64,000 nt of DNA from Eledone cirrhosa (taxonomy: Eukaryota): assembly GCA_964016885.1 (NCBI GenBank), contig OZ024744.1, positions 47,306,001 to 47,370,000 on the forward strand, given 5' to 3'. Each line of letters opens with the position of its first letter. Positions within the stretch are counted from its first letter, which is position 1. A program made the position numbers and the translations under genes. The notes under the pieces were generated by a model. The model made no database searches. It was not told where the DNA came from and saw only the letters and a list, made by a program, of their open reading frames with translations. Positions 25,001 to 39,089 of the stretch are shown one piece after another.

Positions 25001-28000
25001 GCTTTTTGCTGTGTCTTTCACATATCCACTTTACAGTGTGGGCTGGGTGCTTTTTGCTGTGTCTTTCACGCGTCCACTTTACAGTGTGGGCTGGGTGCTT
25101 TTTGCTGTGTCTTTCACATGTCCACTTTACAATGTGGGCTGGGTGCTTTTTGCTGTGTCTTTCACATGTCCACTTTACAGTGTGGGCTGGGTGCTTTTTG
25201 CTGTGTCTTTCACATGTCCACTTCACAGTGTGGGCTGGGTACTTTTTGCTGTGTCTTTCACACGTCCACTTTACAGTTTGGGCTGGGTGCTTTTTGCTGT
25301 GTCTTTCACATGTCCACTTTACAGTGTGGGCTGGGTGCTTTTTGCTGTGTCTTTCACATGTCCACTTTACAGTGTGGGCTGGGTGCTTTTTGCTGTGTCT
25401 TTCACATGTCCACTTTATAGTGTGGGCTGTGTGCTTTTTGCTGTGTCTTTCACATGTCCACTTTACAATGTGGGTTGGGTGCTTTTTGCTGTGTCTTTCA
25501 CATGTCCACTTTACAGTGTGGGCTGGGTGCTTTTTGCTGTGTCTTTCACATATCCACTTTACAGTGTGGGCTGGGTGCTTTTTGCTGAGTCTTTCACACG
25601 TCCACTTTACAGTGTGGGCTGGGTGCTTTTTGCTGTGTCTTTCACGCGTCCACTTTACAGTGTGGGCTGGGTGCTTTTTGCTGTGTCTTTCACATGTCCA
25701 CTTTACAATGTGGGCTGGGTGCTTTTTGCTGTGTCTTTCACATCTCCACTTTACAGTGTGGGCTGGGTGCTTCTTGCAGTGTCTTTCACACGTCCACTTT
25801 ACAGTGTGGGCTGGGTGCTTATTGCTGTGTCTTTCACATGTCCACTATACAGTGTGGGCTGGGTGCTTTTTGCTGTGTCTTTCACATGTCCACTTTATAG
25901 TGTGTGCTGGGTGCTTTTTGCAGTGTCTTTCACACGTCCACTCTACAGTGTGGGCTGGGTGCTTTTTGCTGTGTCTTTCACGTGTCCACTTTACAATGTG
26001 GGCTGGGTACTTTTTGCTGTGTCTTTCACATGTCCACTTTACAGTGTGGGCTGGGTGCTTTTTGCTGTGTCTTTCACATGGCCACTTTACAGTGTGGGCT
26101 GGGTGTTTTTTGCTGTGTCTTTCACATGTCCACTTTACAATGTGAGCTGGGTGCTTTTTGCTGTGTCTTTCACATGTCCACTTTACAGTGTGGGCTGGGT
26201 GCTTGTTGCTGTGTCTTTCTCACGTCCACTTTACAGTGTGGGCTGGGTGCTTTTTGCTGTGTCTTTCACATGTCCACTTTACAGTGTGGGCTAGGTGCTT
26301 TTTTCAGTGTCTTTCACACGTCCACTTTACATTGTGGGCTGGGTGCTTGTTGCTGTGTCTTTCTCACGTCCACTTTACAGTGAGGGCTGGGTGCTTTTTG
26401 CTGTGTCTTTCACATGTCCACTTTACAGTGTGGGCTGGGTGCTTTTTTCAGTGTCTTTCACATGTCCACTTTACAGTGTGGGCTGGGCGCTTTTTGAAGT
26501 GTCTTTCAAACGTCAACTTTACAGTGTGGGCTGGGTGCTTTTTACTGTGTCTTTCACATGTCCACTTTATAGTGTGGGCTGTGTGCTTGTTGCTGTGTCT
26601 TTCTTCCGTCCACTTTACAGTGTGGGCTGGGTGCTTGTTGCTGTGTCTTTCACATGTCCACTTTACAGTGTGGGCTGGGTGCTTTTTGCTGAGTCTTTCA
26701 CACGTCCACTTTACAGTGTGGGCTGTGTGCTTTTTGCAGTGTCTTTCAAACGTCAACTTTACAGTGTGGGCTGGGTGCTTTTTGCTGTGTCTTTCACATG
26801 TCCACTTTACAATGTGGGCTGGGTGCTTTTTGCTGTGTCTTTCACATGTCCACTTTACAGTGTGGGCTGGGTGCTTCTTGCAGTGTCTTTCACATGTCCA
26901 CTTTACAGTGTGGGCTGGGTGCTTTTTGCTGTGTCTTTCACATGTCCACTTTACAGTGTGGGCTGGGTGCTTTTTGCTGTGCCTTTCACATGTCCACTTT
27001 ATAGTGTGGGCTGGGTGCTTTTTGCAGTGTCTTTCACACGTCCACTTTACAGTTTGGGCTGGGTGCTTTTGCTGTGTCTTTCACATGTCCACTTTACAGT
27101 GTGGGCTGGGTGCTTTTGCTGTGTCTTTCACATGTCTACTTTACAATGTGGGCTGGGTGCTTTTTGCTGTGTCTTTCACATGTCCACTTTACAGTGTGGG
27201 CTGGGTGCTTCTTGCAGTGTCTTTCACATGTCCACTTTACAGTGTGGGCTGGGTGCTTTTTGCTGTGTCTTTCACATGTCCACTTTACAATGTGGGCTGG
27301 GTGCTTTTTGCTGTGTCTTTCACATGCCCACTTCACAGTGTGGGCTGGGTGCTTTTTGCTGTGTCTTTCACATGTCCACTTTACAATGTGGGCTGGGTGC
27401 TTTTTGCTGTGTCTTTCAAATGTCCACTTTACAATGTTGGCTGGGTGCTTTTTGCTGTGTCTTTCACATGTCCACTTTACAGTGTGGACTCGGTGCTTTT
27501 TGCTGTGTCTTTCACCTGTCCACTTTACAGTGTGGGCTGGGTGCTTTTTGCTGAGTCTTTCACATGTCCACTTTACAGTGTGGGCTGGGTGCTTTTTGCA
27601 GTGTCTTTCAAACGTCCACTTTATAGTGTGGGCTGGGTTCTTTTTGCTGTGTCTTTCACATGTCCACTTTACAGTGTGGGCTGGGTGCTTTTTCTGTGTC
27701 TTTCACATGTCCACTTTACAATGTGCGCCGGGTGCTTTTTGCTGTGTCTTTCACATGTCCACTTTACAGTGTCGGCTGGGTGCTTGTTGCTGTGTCTTTC
27801 TCACGTCCAAATTACAGTGTGGGCTGGGTGATTTTTGCTGTGTCTTTCACATGTACACTTTACAGTGTGGGCTGGGTGCTTTTTGCAGTGTCTTTCACAC
27901 GTCCACTTTACAGTGTGTGCTGGGTGCTTTTTGCTGTGTCTTTCACATGTCCACTTTACAGTGTGGGCTGGGTGCTTTTTGCTGTGTCTTTCACATATCC

Positions 28001-28750
28001 ACTTTACAGTGTGGGCTGGGTGCTTTTTGCTGAGTCTTTCACACGTCCACTTTACAGTGTGGGCTGGGTGCTTTTTGCTGTGTCTTTCACGCGTCCACTT
28101 TACAGTGTGGGCAGGGTGCTTTTTGCTGTGTCTTTCACATGTCCACTTTACAATGTGGGCTGGGTGCTTTTTGCTGAGTCTTTCACATGTCCACTTTACA
28201 GTGTGGGCTGGGTGCTTTTTGCAGTGTCTTTCACACGTCCACTTTATAGTGTGGGCTGGGTGCTTTTTGCTGTGTCTTTCACATGTCCAATTTACAGTGT
28301 GGGCTGGGTGCTTTTTGCTGTGTCTTTCACATGTCCACTTTACAATGTGCGCCGGGTGCTTTTTGCTGTGTCTTTCACATGTCCACTTTACAGTGTCGGC
28401 TGGGTGCTTGTTGCTGTGTCTTTCTCACGTCCAAATTACAGTGTGGGCTGGGTGATTTTTGCTGTGTCTTTCACATGTACACTTTACAGTGTGGGCTGGG
28501 TGCTTTTTGCAGTGTCTTTCACACGTCCACTTTACAGTGTGTGCTGGGTGCTTTTTGCTGTGTCTTTCACATGTCCACTTTACAGTGTGGGCTGGTTGCT
28601 TTTTGCTGTGTCTTTCACATATCCACTTTACAGTGTGGGCTGGGTGCTTTTTGCTGTGTCTTTCACGCGTCCACTTTACAGTGTGGGCTGGGTGCTTTTT
28701 GCTGTGTCTTTCACATGTCCACTTTACAATGTGGGCTGGGTGCTTTTTGC
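22050..28750. repeat. Duplicated block: about 22050-25150 and about 25650-28750 (offset 3,598 = 75 monomers - 2 nt)
   Basis: ORFs 22697..23956 and 26295..27554 are near-identical. The paired 1-nt T deletions at 23469/23516 recur at 27067/27114. The variants GGACTCGG, CATGCCC and TTTGAAG are shared. Confidence 0.9.
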
Positions 28751-31700
28751 TGTGTCTTTCACATCTCCACTTTACAGTGTGGGCTGGGTGCTTCTTGCAG
28801 TGTCTTTCACACGTCCACTTTACAGTGTGGGCTGGGTGCTTTTTGCTGTGTCTTTCACATGTCCACTTTACAGTGTGGGCTGGGTGCTTTTTGCTGTGTC
28901 TTTCACATGTCCACTTTATAGTGTGGGCTGGGTGCTTTTTGCAGTGTCTTACACACGTCCACTCTACAGTGTGGGCTGGGTGCTTTTTGCTGTGTCTTTC
29001 ACGTGTCCACTTTACAATGTGGGCTGGGTACTTTTTGCTGTGTCTTTCACATGTCCACTTTACAGTGTGGGCTGGGTGCTATTTGCTGTGTCTTTCACAT
29101 GTCCACTTTACAGTGTGGGCTGGGTGCTTTTTGCTGTGTCTTTCACATGTCCACTTTACAATGTGAGCTGGGTGCTTTTTGCTGTGTCTTTCACATCTCC
29201 ACTTTACAGTGTGGGCTGGGTGCTTGTTGCTGTGTCTTTCTCACGTCCACTTTACAGTGTGGGCTGGGTGCTTTTTGCTGTGTCTTTCACATGTCCACTT
29301 TACAGTGTGGGCTAGGTGCTTTTTTCAGTGTCTTTCACACGTCCACTTTACATTGTGGGCTGGGTGCTTGTTGCTGTGTCTTTCTCACGTCCACTTTACA
29401 GTGCGGGCTGGGTGCTTTTTGCTGTGTCTTTCACATGTCCACTTTACAGTGTGGGCTGGGTGCTTTTTTCAGTGTCTTTCACATGTCCACTTTACAGTGT
29501 GGGCTGGGCGCTTTTTGCAGTGTCTTTCAAACGTCAACTTTACAGTGTGGGCTGGGTGCTTTTTACTGTGTCTTTCACATGTCCACTTTACAGTGTGGGC
29601 TGTGTGCTTGTTGCTGTGTCTTTCTCCCGTCCACTTTACAGTGTGGGCTGGGTGCTTGTTGCTGTGTCTTTCACATGTCCACTTTACAGTGTGGGCTGGG
29701 TGCTTTTTTCAGTGTCTTTTACACGTCCACTTTACAGTGTGGGCTGGGTGCTTGTTGCTGTGTCTTTCTCACGTCCACTTTACATTGTGGGCTGGGTGCT
29801 TTTTGCTGTGTCTTTCACATGTCCAGTTTACAGTGTGGGCTGGGTGCTTTTTTCAGTGTCTTTCACACGTCCACTTTACAGTGTGGGCTGGGTGCATGTT
29901 GCTGTGTCTTTCTCACGTCCACTTTACAGTGTGGGCTGGGTGCTTTTTGCTGTGTCTTTCACATGTCCACTTTACAGTGTGGGCTGGGTGCTTTTTTCAG
30001 TGTCTTTCACATGTCCACTTTACAGTGTGGGCTGGGTGCTTTTTGCTGTGTCTTTCACATGTCCACTTTACAATGTGGGCTGTGTGCTTTTTGCTGTGTC
30101 TTTCACATGTCCACTTTACAATGTGGGCTGGGTGCTTTTTGCTGTGTCTTTCACATGTCCACTTTACAGTGTGGGCTGGGTGCTTTTTGCTGTGTCTTTC
30201 ACATGTCCACTTGACAGTGTGGGCTGGGTGCTTTTTGCTGTGTCTTTCACATGTCCACTTTACAGTGTGGGCTGGGTCCTTTTTGCTGTGTCTTTCACAT
30301 GTCCACTTTACAGTGTGGGCTGTGTGCTTTTTGCTGTGTCTTTCACATGTCCACTTTACAGTGTGGGCTGGGTGCTTTTTGCTGTGTCTTTCAAATGTCC
30401 ACTTTACAATGTGGGCTGGGTACTTTTTGCTGTGTCTTTCACATGTACACTTTACAATGTGGGCCGGGTGCTTTTTACTGTGTCTTTCACATGTCCACTT
30501 TACAGTGTGGGCTGGGTGCTTTTTGCTGTATCTTTCACATGTCCACTTCACAGTGTGGGCTGGGTACTTTTTGCTGTGTCTTTCACACGTCCACTTTACA
30601 GTTTGGGCTGGGTGCTTTTTGCTGTGTCTTTCACATGTCCACTTTACAGTGTGGGCTGGGTGCTTTTTGCTGTGTCTTTCACATGTCCACTTTACAGTGT
30701 GGGCTGGGTGCTTTTTGCTGTGTCTTTCACATGTCCACTTTACAGTGTGGGCTGGGTGCTTTTTGCTGTGTCTTTCACATGTCCACTTTACAATGTGGGC
30801 TGGGTGCTTTTTGCTGTGTCTTTCACATGTCCACTCTATAGTGTAGGCTGGGTGCTTTTTGCAGTGTCTTTCACACGTCCACTTTACAGTGTGGGCTGGG
30901 TGCTTTTTGCTGTGTCTTTCACATGTCCACTTTACAATGTGGACTGGGTGCTTTTTGCTGTGTCTTTCACATGTCCACTTTACAGTGTGGGGTGTGTGCT
31001 TCTTGCAGTGTCTTTCACACGTCCACTTTACAGTGTGGGCTGGGTGCTTTTTGCTGTGTCTTTCACATGTCCACTTTACAGTGTGGGCTGGGTGCTTTTT
31101 GCTGTGTCTTTCACATGTCCACTTTACAGTGTGGGCTGGGTGCTTTTTTCAGTGTCTTTCACATGTCCACTTTACAGTGTGGGCTGGGTGCTTTTTGCTG
31201 TGTCTTTCACATGTCCACTTTACAATGTGGGCTGGGTGCATTTTTGCTGTGTCTTTCACATGTCCACTTTACAGTGTGGGCTGGGTGCTTTTTGCTGTGT
31301 CTTTCACATGTCCACTTCACAGTGTGGGCTGGGTGCTTTTTGCTGTGTCTTTCACATGTCCACTTTACAGTGTGGGCTGGGTGCTTTTTGCTGTGTCTTT
31401 CACATGTCCACTTTACAGTGTGGGCTGTGTGCTTTCTGCTGTGTCTTTCACATGTCCACTTTACAGTGTGGGCTGGGTGCTTTTTGCTGTGTCTTTCACA
31501 TGTCCACTTTACAATGTGGGCTGGGTGCTTTTTGCTGTGTCTTTCACATGTCCACTTTACAATGTGCGCCGGGTGCTTTTTGCTGTGTCTTTCACATGTC
31601 CACTTTACAGTGTCGGCTGGGTGCTTGTTGCTGTGTCTTTCTCACGTCCAAATTACAGTGTGGGCTGGGTGATTTTTGCTGTGTCTTTCACATGTACACT

Positions 31701-34700
31701 TTACAGTGTGGGCTGGGTGATTTTTGCAGTGTCTTTCACACGTCCACTTTACAGTGTGTGCTGGGTGCTTTTTGCTGTGTCTTTCACATGTCCACTTTAC
31801 AGTGTGGGCTGGGTGCTTTTTGCTGTGTCTTTCACATATCCACTTTACAGTGTGGGCTGGGTGCTTTTTGCTGAGTCTTTCACACGTCCACTTTACAGTG
31901 TGGGCTGGGTGCTTTTTGCTGTGTCTTTCACGCGTCCACTTTACAGTGTGGGCTGGGTGCTTTTTGCTGTGTCTTTCACATGTCCACTTTACAATGTGGG
32001 CTGGGTGCTTTTTGCTGAGTCTTTCACATGTCCACTTTACAGTGTGGGCTGGGTGCTTTTTGCAGTGTCTTTCACACGTCCACTTTATAGTGTGGGCTGG
32101 GTGCTTTTTGCTGTGTCTTTCACATGTCCAATTTACAGTGTGGGCTGGGTGCTTTTTGCTGTGTCTTTCACATGTCCACTTTACAATGTGCGCCGGGTGC
32201 TTTTTGCTGTGTCTTTCACATGTCCACTTTACAGTGTCGGCTGGGTGCTTGTTGCTGTGTCTTTCTCACGTCCAAATTACAGTGTGGGCTGGGTGATTTT
32301 TGCTGTGTCTTTCACATGTACACTTTACAGTGTGGGCTGGGTGCTTTTTGCAGTGTCTTTCACACGTCCACTTTACAGTGTGTGCTGGGTGCTTTTTGCT
32401 GTGTCTTTCACATGTCCACTTTACAGTGTGGGCTGGTTGCTTTTTGCTGTGTCTTTCACATATCCACTTTACAGTGTGGGCTGGGTGCTTTTTGCTGTGT
32501 CTTTCACGCGTCCACTTTACAGTGTGGGCTGGGTGCTTTTTGCTGTGTCTTTCACATGTCCACTTTACAATGTGGGCTGGGTGCTTTTTGCTGTGTCTTT
32601 CACATCTCCACTTTACAGTGTGGGCTGGGTGCTTCTTGCAGTGTCTTTCACACGTCCACTTTACAGTGTGGGCTGGGTGCTTTTTGCTGTGTCTTTCACA
32701 TGTCCACTTTACAGTGTGGGCTGGGTGCTTTTTGCTGTGTCTTTCACATGTCCACTTTATAGTGTGGGCTGGGTGCTTTTTGCAGTGTCTTACACACGTC
32801 CACTCTACAGTGTGGGCTGGGTGCTTTTTGCTGTGTCTTTCACGTGTCCACTTTACAATGTGGGCTGGGTACTTTTTGCTGTGTCTTTCACATGTCCACT
32901 TTACAGTGTGGGCTAGGTGCTTTTTTCAGTGTCTTTCACACGTCCACTTTACATTGTGGGCTGGGTGCTTGTTGCTGTGTCTTTCTCACGTCCACTTTAC
33001 AGTGCGGGCTGGGTGCTTTTTGCTGTGTCTTTCACATGTCCACTTTACAGTGTGGGCTGGGTGCTTTTTTCAGTGTCTTTCACATGTCCACTTTACAGTG
33101 TGGGCTGGGCGCTTTTTGCAGTGTCTTTCAAACGTCAACTTTACAGTGTGGGCTGGGTGCTTTTTACTGTGTCTTTCACATGTCCACTTTACAGTGTGGG
33201 CTGTGTGCTTGTTGCTGTGTCTTTCTCCCGTCCACTTTACAGTGTGGGCTGGGTGCTTGTTGCTGTGTCTTTCACATGTCCACTTTACAGTGTGGGCTGG
33301 GTGCTTTTTTCAGTGTCTTTTACACGTCCACTTTACAGTGTGGGCTGGGTGCTTGTTGCTGTGTCTTTCTCACGTCCACTTTACATTGTGGGCTGGGTGC
33401 TTTTTGCTGTGTCTTTCACATGTCCAGTTTACAGTGTGGGCTGGGTGCTTTTTTCAGTGTCTTTCACACGTCCACTTTACAGTGTGGGCTGGGTGCATGT
33501 TGCTGTGTCTTTCTCACGTCCACTTTACAGTGTGGGCTGGGTGCTTTTTGCTGTGTCTTTCACATGTCCACTTTACAGTGTGGGCTGGGTGCTTTTTTCA
33601 GTGTCTTTCACATGTCCACTTTACAGTGTGGGCTGGGTGCTTTTTGCTGTGTCTTTCACATGTCCACTTTACAATGTGGGCTGTGTGCTTTTTGCTGTGT
33701 CTTTCACATGTCCACTTTACAATGTGGGCTGGGTGCTTTTTGCTGTGTCTTTCACATGTCCACTTTACAGTGTGGGCTGGGTGCTTTTTGCTGTGTCTTT
33801 CACATGTCCACTTGACAGTGTGGGCTGGGTGCTTTTTGCTGTGTCTTTCACATGTCCACTTTACAGTGTGGGCTGGGTCCTTTTTGCTGTGTCTTTCACA
33901 TGTCCACTTTACAGTGTGGGCTGTGTGCTTTTTGCTGTGTCTTTCACATGTCCACTTTACAGTGTGGGCTGGGTGCTTTTTGCTGTGTCTTTCAAATGTC
34001 CACTTTACAATGTGGGCTGGGTACTTTTTGCTGTGTCTTTCACATGTACACTTTACAATGTGGGCCGGGTGCTTTTTACTGTGTCTTTCACATGTCCACT
34101 TTACAGTGTGGGCTGGGTGCTTTTTGCTGTGTCTTTCACATGTCCACTTCACAGTGTGGGCTGGGTACTTTTTGCTGTGTCTTTCACACGTCCACTTTAC
34201 AGTTTGGGCTGGGTGCTTTTTGCTGTGTCTTTCACATGTCCACTTTACAGTGTGGGCTGGGTGCTTTTTGCTGTGTCTTTCACATGTCCACTTTACAGTG
34301 TGGGCTGGGTGCTTTTTGCTGTGTCTTTCACATGTCCACTTTACAGTGTGGGCTGGGTGCTTTTTGCTGTGTCTTTCACATGTCCACTTTACAATGTGGG
34401 CTGGGTGCTTTTTGCTGTGTCTTTCACATGTCCACTCTATAGTGTAGGCTGGGTGCTTTTTGCAGTGTCTTTCACACGTCCACTTTACAGTGTGGGCTGG
34501 GTGCTTTTTGCTGTGTCTTTCACATGTCCACTTTACAATGTGGACTGGGTGCTTTTTGCTGTGTCTTTCACATGTCCACTTTACAGTGTGGGGTGTGTGC
34601 TTCTTGCAGTGTCTTTCACACGTCCACTTTACAGTGTGGGCTGGGTGCTTTTTGCTGTGTCTTTCACATGTCCACTTTACAGTGTGGGCTGGGTGCTTTT

Positions 34701-37700
34701 TGCTGTGTCTTTCACATGTCCACTTTACAGTGTGGGCTGGGTGCTTTTTTCAGTGTCTTTCACATGTCCACTTTACAGTGTGGGCTGGGTGCTTTTTGCT
34801 GTGTCTTTCACATGTCCACTTTACAATGTGGGCTGGGTGCATTTTTGCTGTGTCTTTCACATGTCCACTTTACAGTGTGGGCTGGGTGCTTTTTGCTGTG
34901 TCTTTCACATGTCCACTTCACAGTGTGGGCTGGGTGCTTTTTGCTGTGTCTTTCACATGTCCACTTTACAGTGTGGGCTGGGTGCTTTTTGCTGTGTCTT
35001 TCACATGTCCACTTTACAGTGTGGGCTGTGTGCTTTCTGCTGTGTCTTTCACATGTCCACTTTACAGTGTGGGCTGGGTGCTTTTTGCTGTGTCTTTCAC
35101 ATGTCCACTTTACAATGTGGGCTGGGTGCTTTTTGCTGTGTCTTTCACATGTCCACTTTACAATGTGCGCCGGGTGCTTTTTGCTGTGTCTTTCACATGT
35201 CCACTTTACAGTGTCGGCTGGGTGCTTGTTGCTGTGTCTTTCTCACGTCCAAATTACAGTGTGGGCTGGGTGATTTTTGCTGTGTCTTTCACATGTACAC
35301 TTTACAGTGTGGGCTGGGTGCTTTTTGCAGTGTCTTTCACACGTCCACTTTACAGTGTGTGCTGGGTGCTTTTTGCTGTGTCTTTCACATGTCCACTTTA
35401 CAGTGTGGGCTGGGTGCTTTTTGCTGTGTCTTTCACATATCCACTTTACAGTGTGGGCTGGGTGCTTTTTGCTGAGTCTTTCACACGTCCACTTTACAGT
35501 GTGGGCTGGGTGCTTTTTGCTGTGTCTTTCACGCGTCCACTTTACAGTGTGGGCTGGGTGCTTTTTGCTGTGTCTTTCACATGTCCACTTTACAATGTGG
35601 GCTGGGTGCTTTTTGCTGAGTCTTTCACATGTCCACTTTACAGTGTGGGCTGGGTGCTTTTTGCAGTGTCTTTCACACGTCCACTTTATAGTGTGGGCTG
35701 GGTGCTTTTTGCTGTGTCTTTCACATGTCCAATTTACAGTGTGGGCTGGGTGCTTTTTGCTGTGTCTTTCACATGTCCACTTTACAATGTGCGCCGGGTG
35801 CTTTTTGCTGTGTCTTTCACATGTCCACTTTACAGTGTCGGCTGGGTGCTTGTTGCTGTGTCTTTCTCACGTCCAAATTACAGTGTGGGCTGGGTGATTT
35901 TTGCTGTGTCTTTCACATGTACACTTTACAGTGTGGGCTGGGTGCTTTTTGCAGTGTCTTTCACACGTCCACTTTACAGTGTGTGCTGGGTGCTTTTTGC
36001 TGTGTCTTTCACATGTCCACTTTACAGTGTGGGCTGGTTGCTTTTTGCTGTGTCTTTCACATATCCACTTTACAGTGTGGGCTGGGTGCTTTTTGCTGTG
36101 TCTTTCACGCGTCCACTTTACAGTGTGGGCTGGGTGCTTTTTGCTGTGTCTTTCACATGTCCACTTTACAATGTGGGCTGGGTGTTTTTGCTGTGTCTTT
36201 CACATCTCCACTTTACAGTGTGGGCTGGGTGCTTCTTGCAGTGTCTTTCACACGTCCACTTTACAGTGTGGGCTGGGTGCTTTTTGCTGTGTCTTTCACA
36301 TGTCCACTTTACAGTGTGGGCTGGGTGCTTTTTGCTGTGTCTTTCACATGTCCACTTTATAGTGTGGGCTGGGTGCTTTTTGCAGTGTCTTACACACGTC
36401 CACTCTACAGTGTGGGCTGGGTGCTTTTTGCTGTGTCTTTCACGTGTCCACTTTACAATGTGGGCTGGGTACTTTTTGCTGTGTCTTTCACATGTCCACT
36501 TTACAGTGTGGGCTGGGTGCTATTTGCTGTGTCTTTCACATGTCCACTTTACAGTGTGGGCTGGGTGCTTTTTGCTGTGTCTTTCACATGTCCACTTTAC
36601 AATGTGAGCTGGGTGCTTTTTGCTGTGTCTTTCACATCTCCACTTTACAGTGTGGGCTGGGTGCTTGTTGCTGTGTCTTTCTCACGTCCACTTTACAGTG
36701 TGGGCTGGGTGCTTTTTGCTGTGTCTTTCACATGTCCACTTTACAGTGTGGGCTAGGTGCTTTTTTCAGTGTCTTTCACACGTCCACTTTACATTGTGGG
36801 CTGGGTGCTTGTTGCTGTGTCTTTCTCACGTCCACTTTACAGTGCGGGCTGGGTGCTTTTTGCTGTGTCTTTCACATGTCCACTTTACAGTGTGGGCTGG
36901 GTGCTTTTTTCAGTGTCTTTCACATGTCCACTTTACAGTGTGGGCTGGGCGCTTTTTGCAGTGTCTTTCAAACGTCAACTTTACAGTGTGGGCTGGGTGC
37001 TTTTTACTGTGTCTTTCACATGTCCACTTTACAGTGTGGGCTGTGTGCTTGTTGCTGTGTCTTTCTCCCGTCCACTTTACAGTGTGGGCTGGGTGCTTGT
37101 TGCTGTGTCTTTCACATGTCCACTTTACAGTGTGGGCTGGGTGCTTTTTTCAGTGTCTTTCACACGTCCACTTTACAGTGTGGGCTGGGTGCATGTTGCT
37201 GTGTCTTTCTCACGTCCACTTTACAGTGTGGGCTGGGTGCTTTTTGCTGTGTCTTTCACATGTCCACTTTACAGTGTGGGCTGGGTGCTTTTTTCAGTGT
37301 CTTTCACATGTCCACTTTACAGTGTGGGCTGGGTGCTTTTTGCTGTGTCTTTCACATGTCCACTTTACAATGTGGGCTGTGTGCTTTTTGCTGTGTCTTT
37401 CACATGTCCACTTTACAATGTGGGCTGGGTGCTTTTTGCTGTGTCTTTCACATGTCCTCTTTACAGTGTGGGCTGGGTGCTTTTTGCTGTGTCTTTCACA
37501 TGTCCACTTGACAGTGTGGGCTGGGTGCTTTTTGCTGTGTCTTTCACATGTCCACTTTACAGTGTGGGCTGGGTCCTTTTTGCTGTGTCTTTCACATGTC
37601 CACTTTACAGTGTGGGCTGTGTGCTTTTTGCTGTGTCTTTCACATGTCCACTTTACAGTGTGGGCTGGGTGCTTTTTGCTGTGTCTTTCAAATGTCCACT

Positions 37701-38900
37701 TTAAAATGTGGGCTGGGTGCTTTTTGCTGTGTCTTTCACATGTACACTTTACAATGTTGGCCGGGTGCTTTTTACTGTGTCTTTCACATGTCCACTTTAC
37801 AGTGTGGGCTGGGTGCTTTTTGCTGTGTCTTTCACATGTCCACTTCACAGTGTGGGCTGGGTACTTTTTGCTGTGTCTTTCACACGTCCACTTTACAGTT
37901 TGGGCTGGGTGCTTTTTGCTGTGTCTTTCACATGTCCACTTTACAGTGTGGGCTGGGTGCTTTTTGCTGTGTCTTTCACATGTCCACTTTACAGTGTGGG
38001 CTGGGTGCTTTTTGCTGTGTCTTTCACATGTCCACTTTACAGTGTGGGCTGGGTGCTTTTTGCTGTGTCTTTCACATGTCCACTTTACAATGTGGGCTGG
38101 GTGCTTTTTGCTGTGTCTTTCACATGTCCACTCTATAGTGTAGGCTGGGTGCTTTTTGCAGTGTCTTTCACACGTCCACTTTACAGTGTGGGCTGGGTGC
38201 TTTTTGCTGTGTCTTTCACATGTCCACTTTACAATGTGGACTGGGTGCTTTTTGCTGTGTCTTTCACATGTCCACTTTACAGTGTGGGGTGTGTGCTTCT
38301 TGCAGTGTCTTTCACACGTCCACTTTACAGTGTGGGCTGGGTGCTTTTTGCTGTGTCTTTCACATGTCCACTTTACAGTGTGGGCTGGGTGCTTTTTGCT
38401 GTGTCTTTCACATGTCCACTTTACAGTGTGGGCTGGGTGCTTTTTTCAGTGTCTTTCACATGTCCACTTTACAGTGTGGGCTGGGTGCTTTTTGCTGTGT
38501 CTTTCACATGTCCACTTTACAATGTGGGCTGTGTGCTTTTTGCTGTGTCTTTCACATGTCCACTTTACAATGTGGGCTGGGTGCATTTTTGCTGTGTCTT
38601 TCACATGTCCACTTTACAGTGTGGGCTGGGTGCTTTTTGCTGTGTCTTTCACATGTCCACTTCCCAGTGTGGGCTGGGTGCTTTTTGCTGTGTCTTTCAC
38701 ATGTCCACTTTACAGTGTGGGCTGGGTGCTTTTTGCTGTGTCTTTCACATGTCCACTTTACAGTGTGGGCTGTGTGCTTTCTGCTGTGTCTTTCACATGT
38801 CCACTTTACAGTGTGGGCTGGGTGCTTTTTGCTGTGTCTTTCACATGTCCACTTTACAATGTGGGCTGGGTGCTTTTTGCTGTGTCTTTCACATGTCCAC
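27720..38900. repeat. Three tandem copies of a 3.6-3.8 kb higher-order unit, starting at about 27720, 31560 and 35160 (offsets 3,841 and 3,601)
   Basis: ORFs 29316..31874 and 32917..35475 are near-identical. The +1 A insertion (GTGCATTTTT) occurs at 31240, 34841 and 38585. CTTGACAG occurs at ~30210/33811/37507 and GTGTAGG at ~30841/34442/38138. Confidence 0.9.
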
Positions 38901-39089
38901 TTTACAATGTGGGCTGGGTGCTTTTTGCTGTGTCTTTCACATGTCCACTTTACAGTGTGGGCTGGGTGCTTTTTGCTGTGTCTTTCACATGTCCACTTCA
39001 CAGTGTGGGCTGGGTACTTTTTGCTGTGTCTTTCACACGTCCACTTTACAGTTTGGGCTGGGTGCTTTTTGCTGTGTCTTTCACATGTC

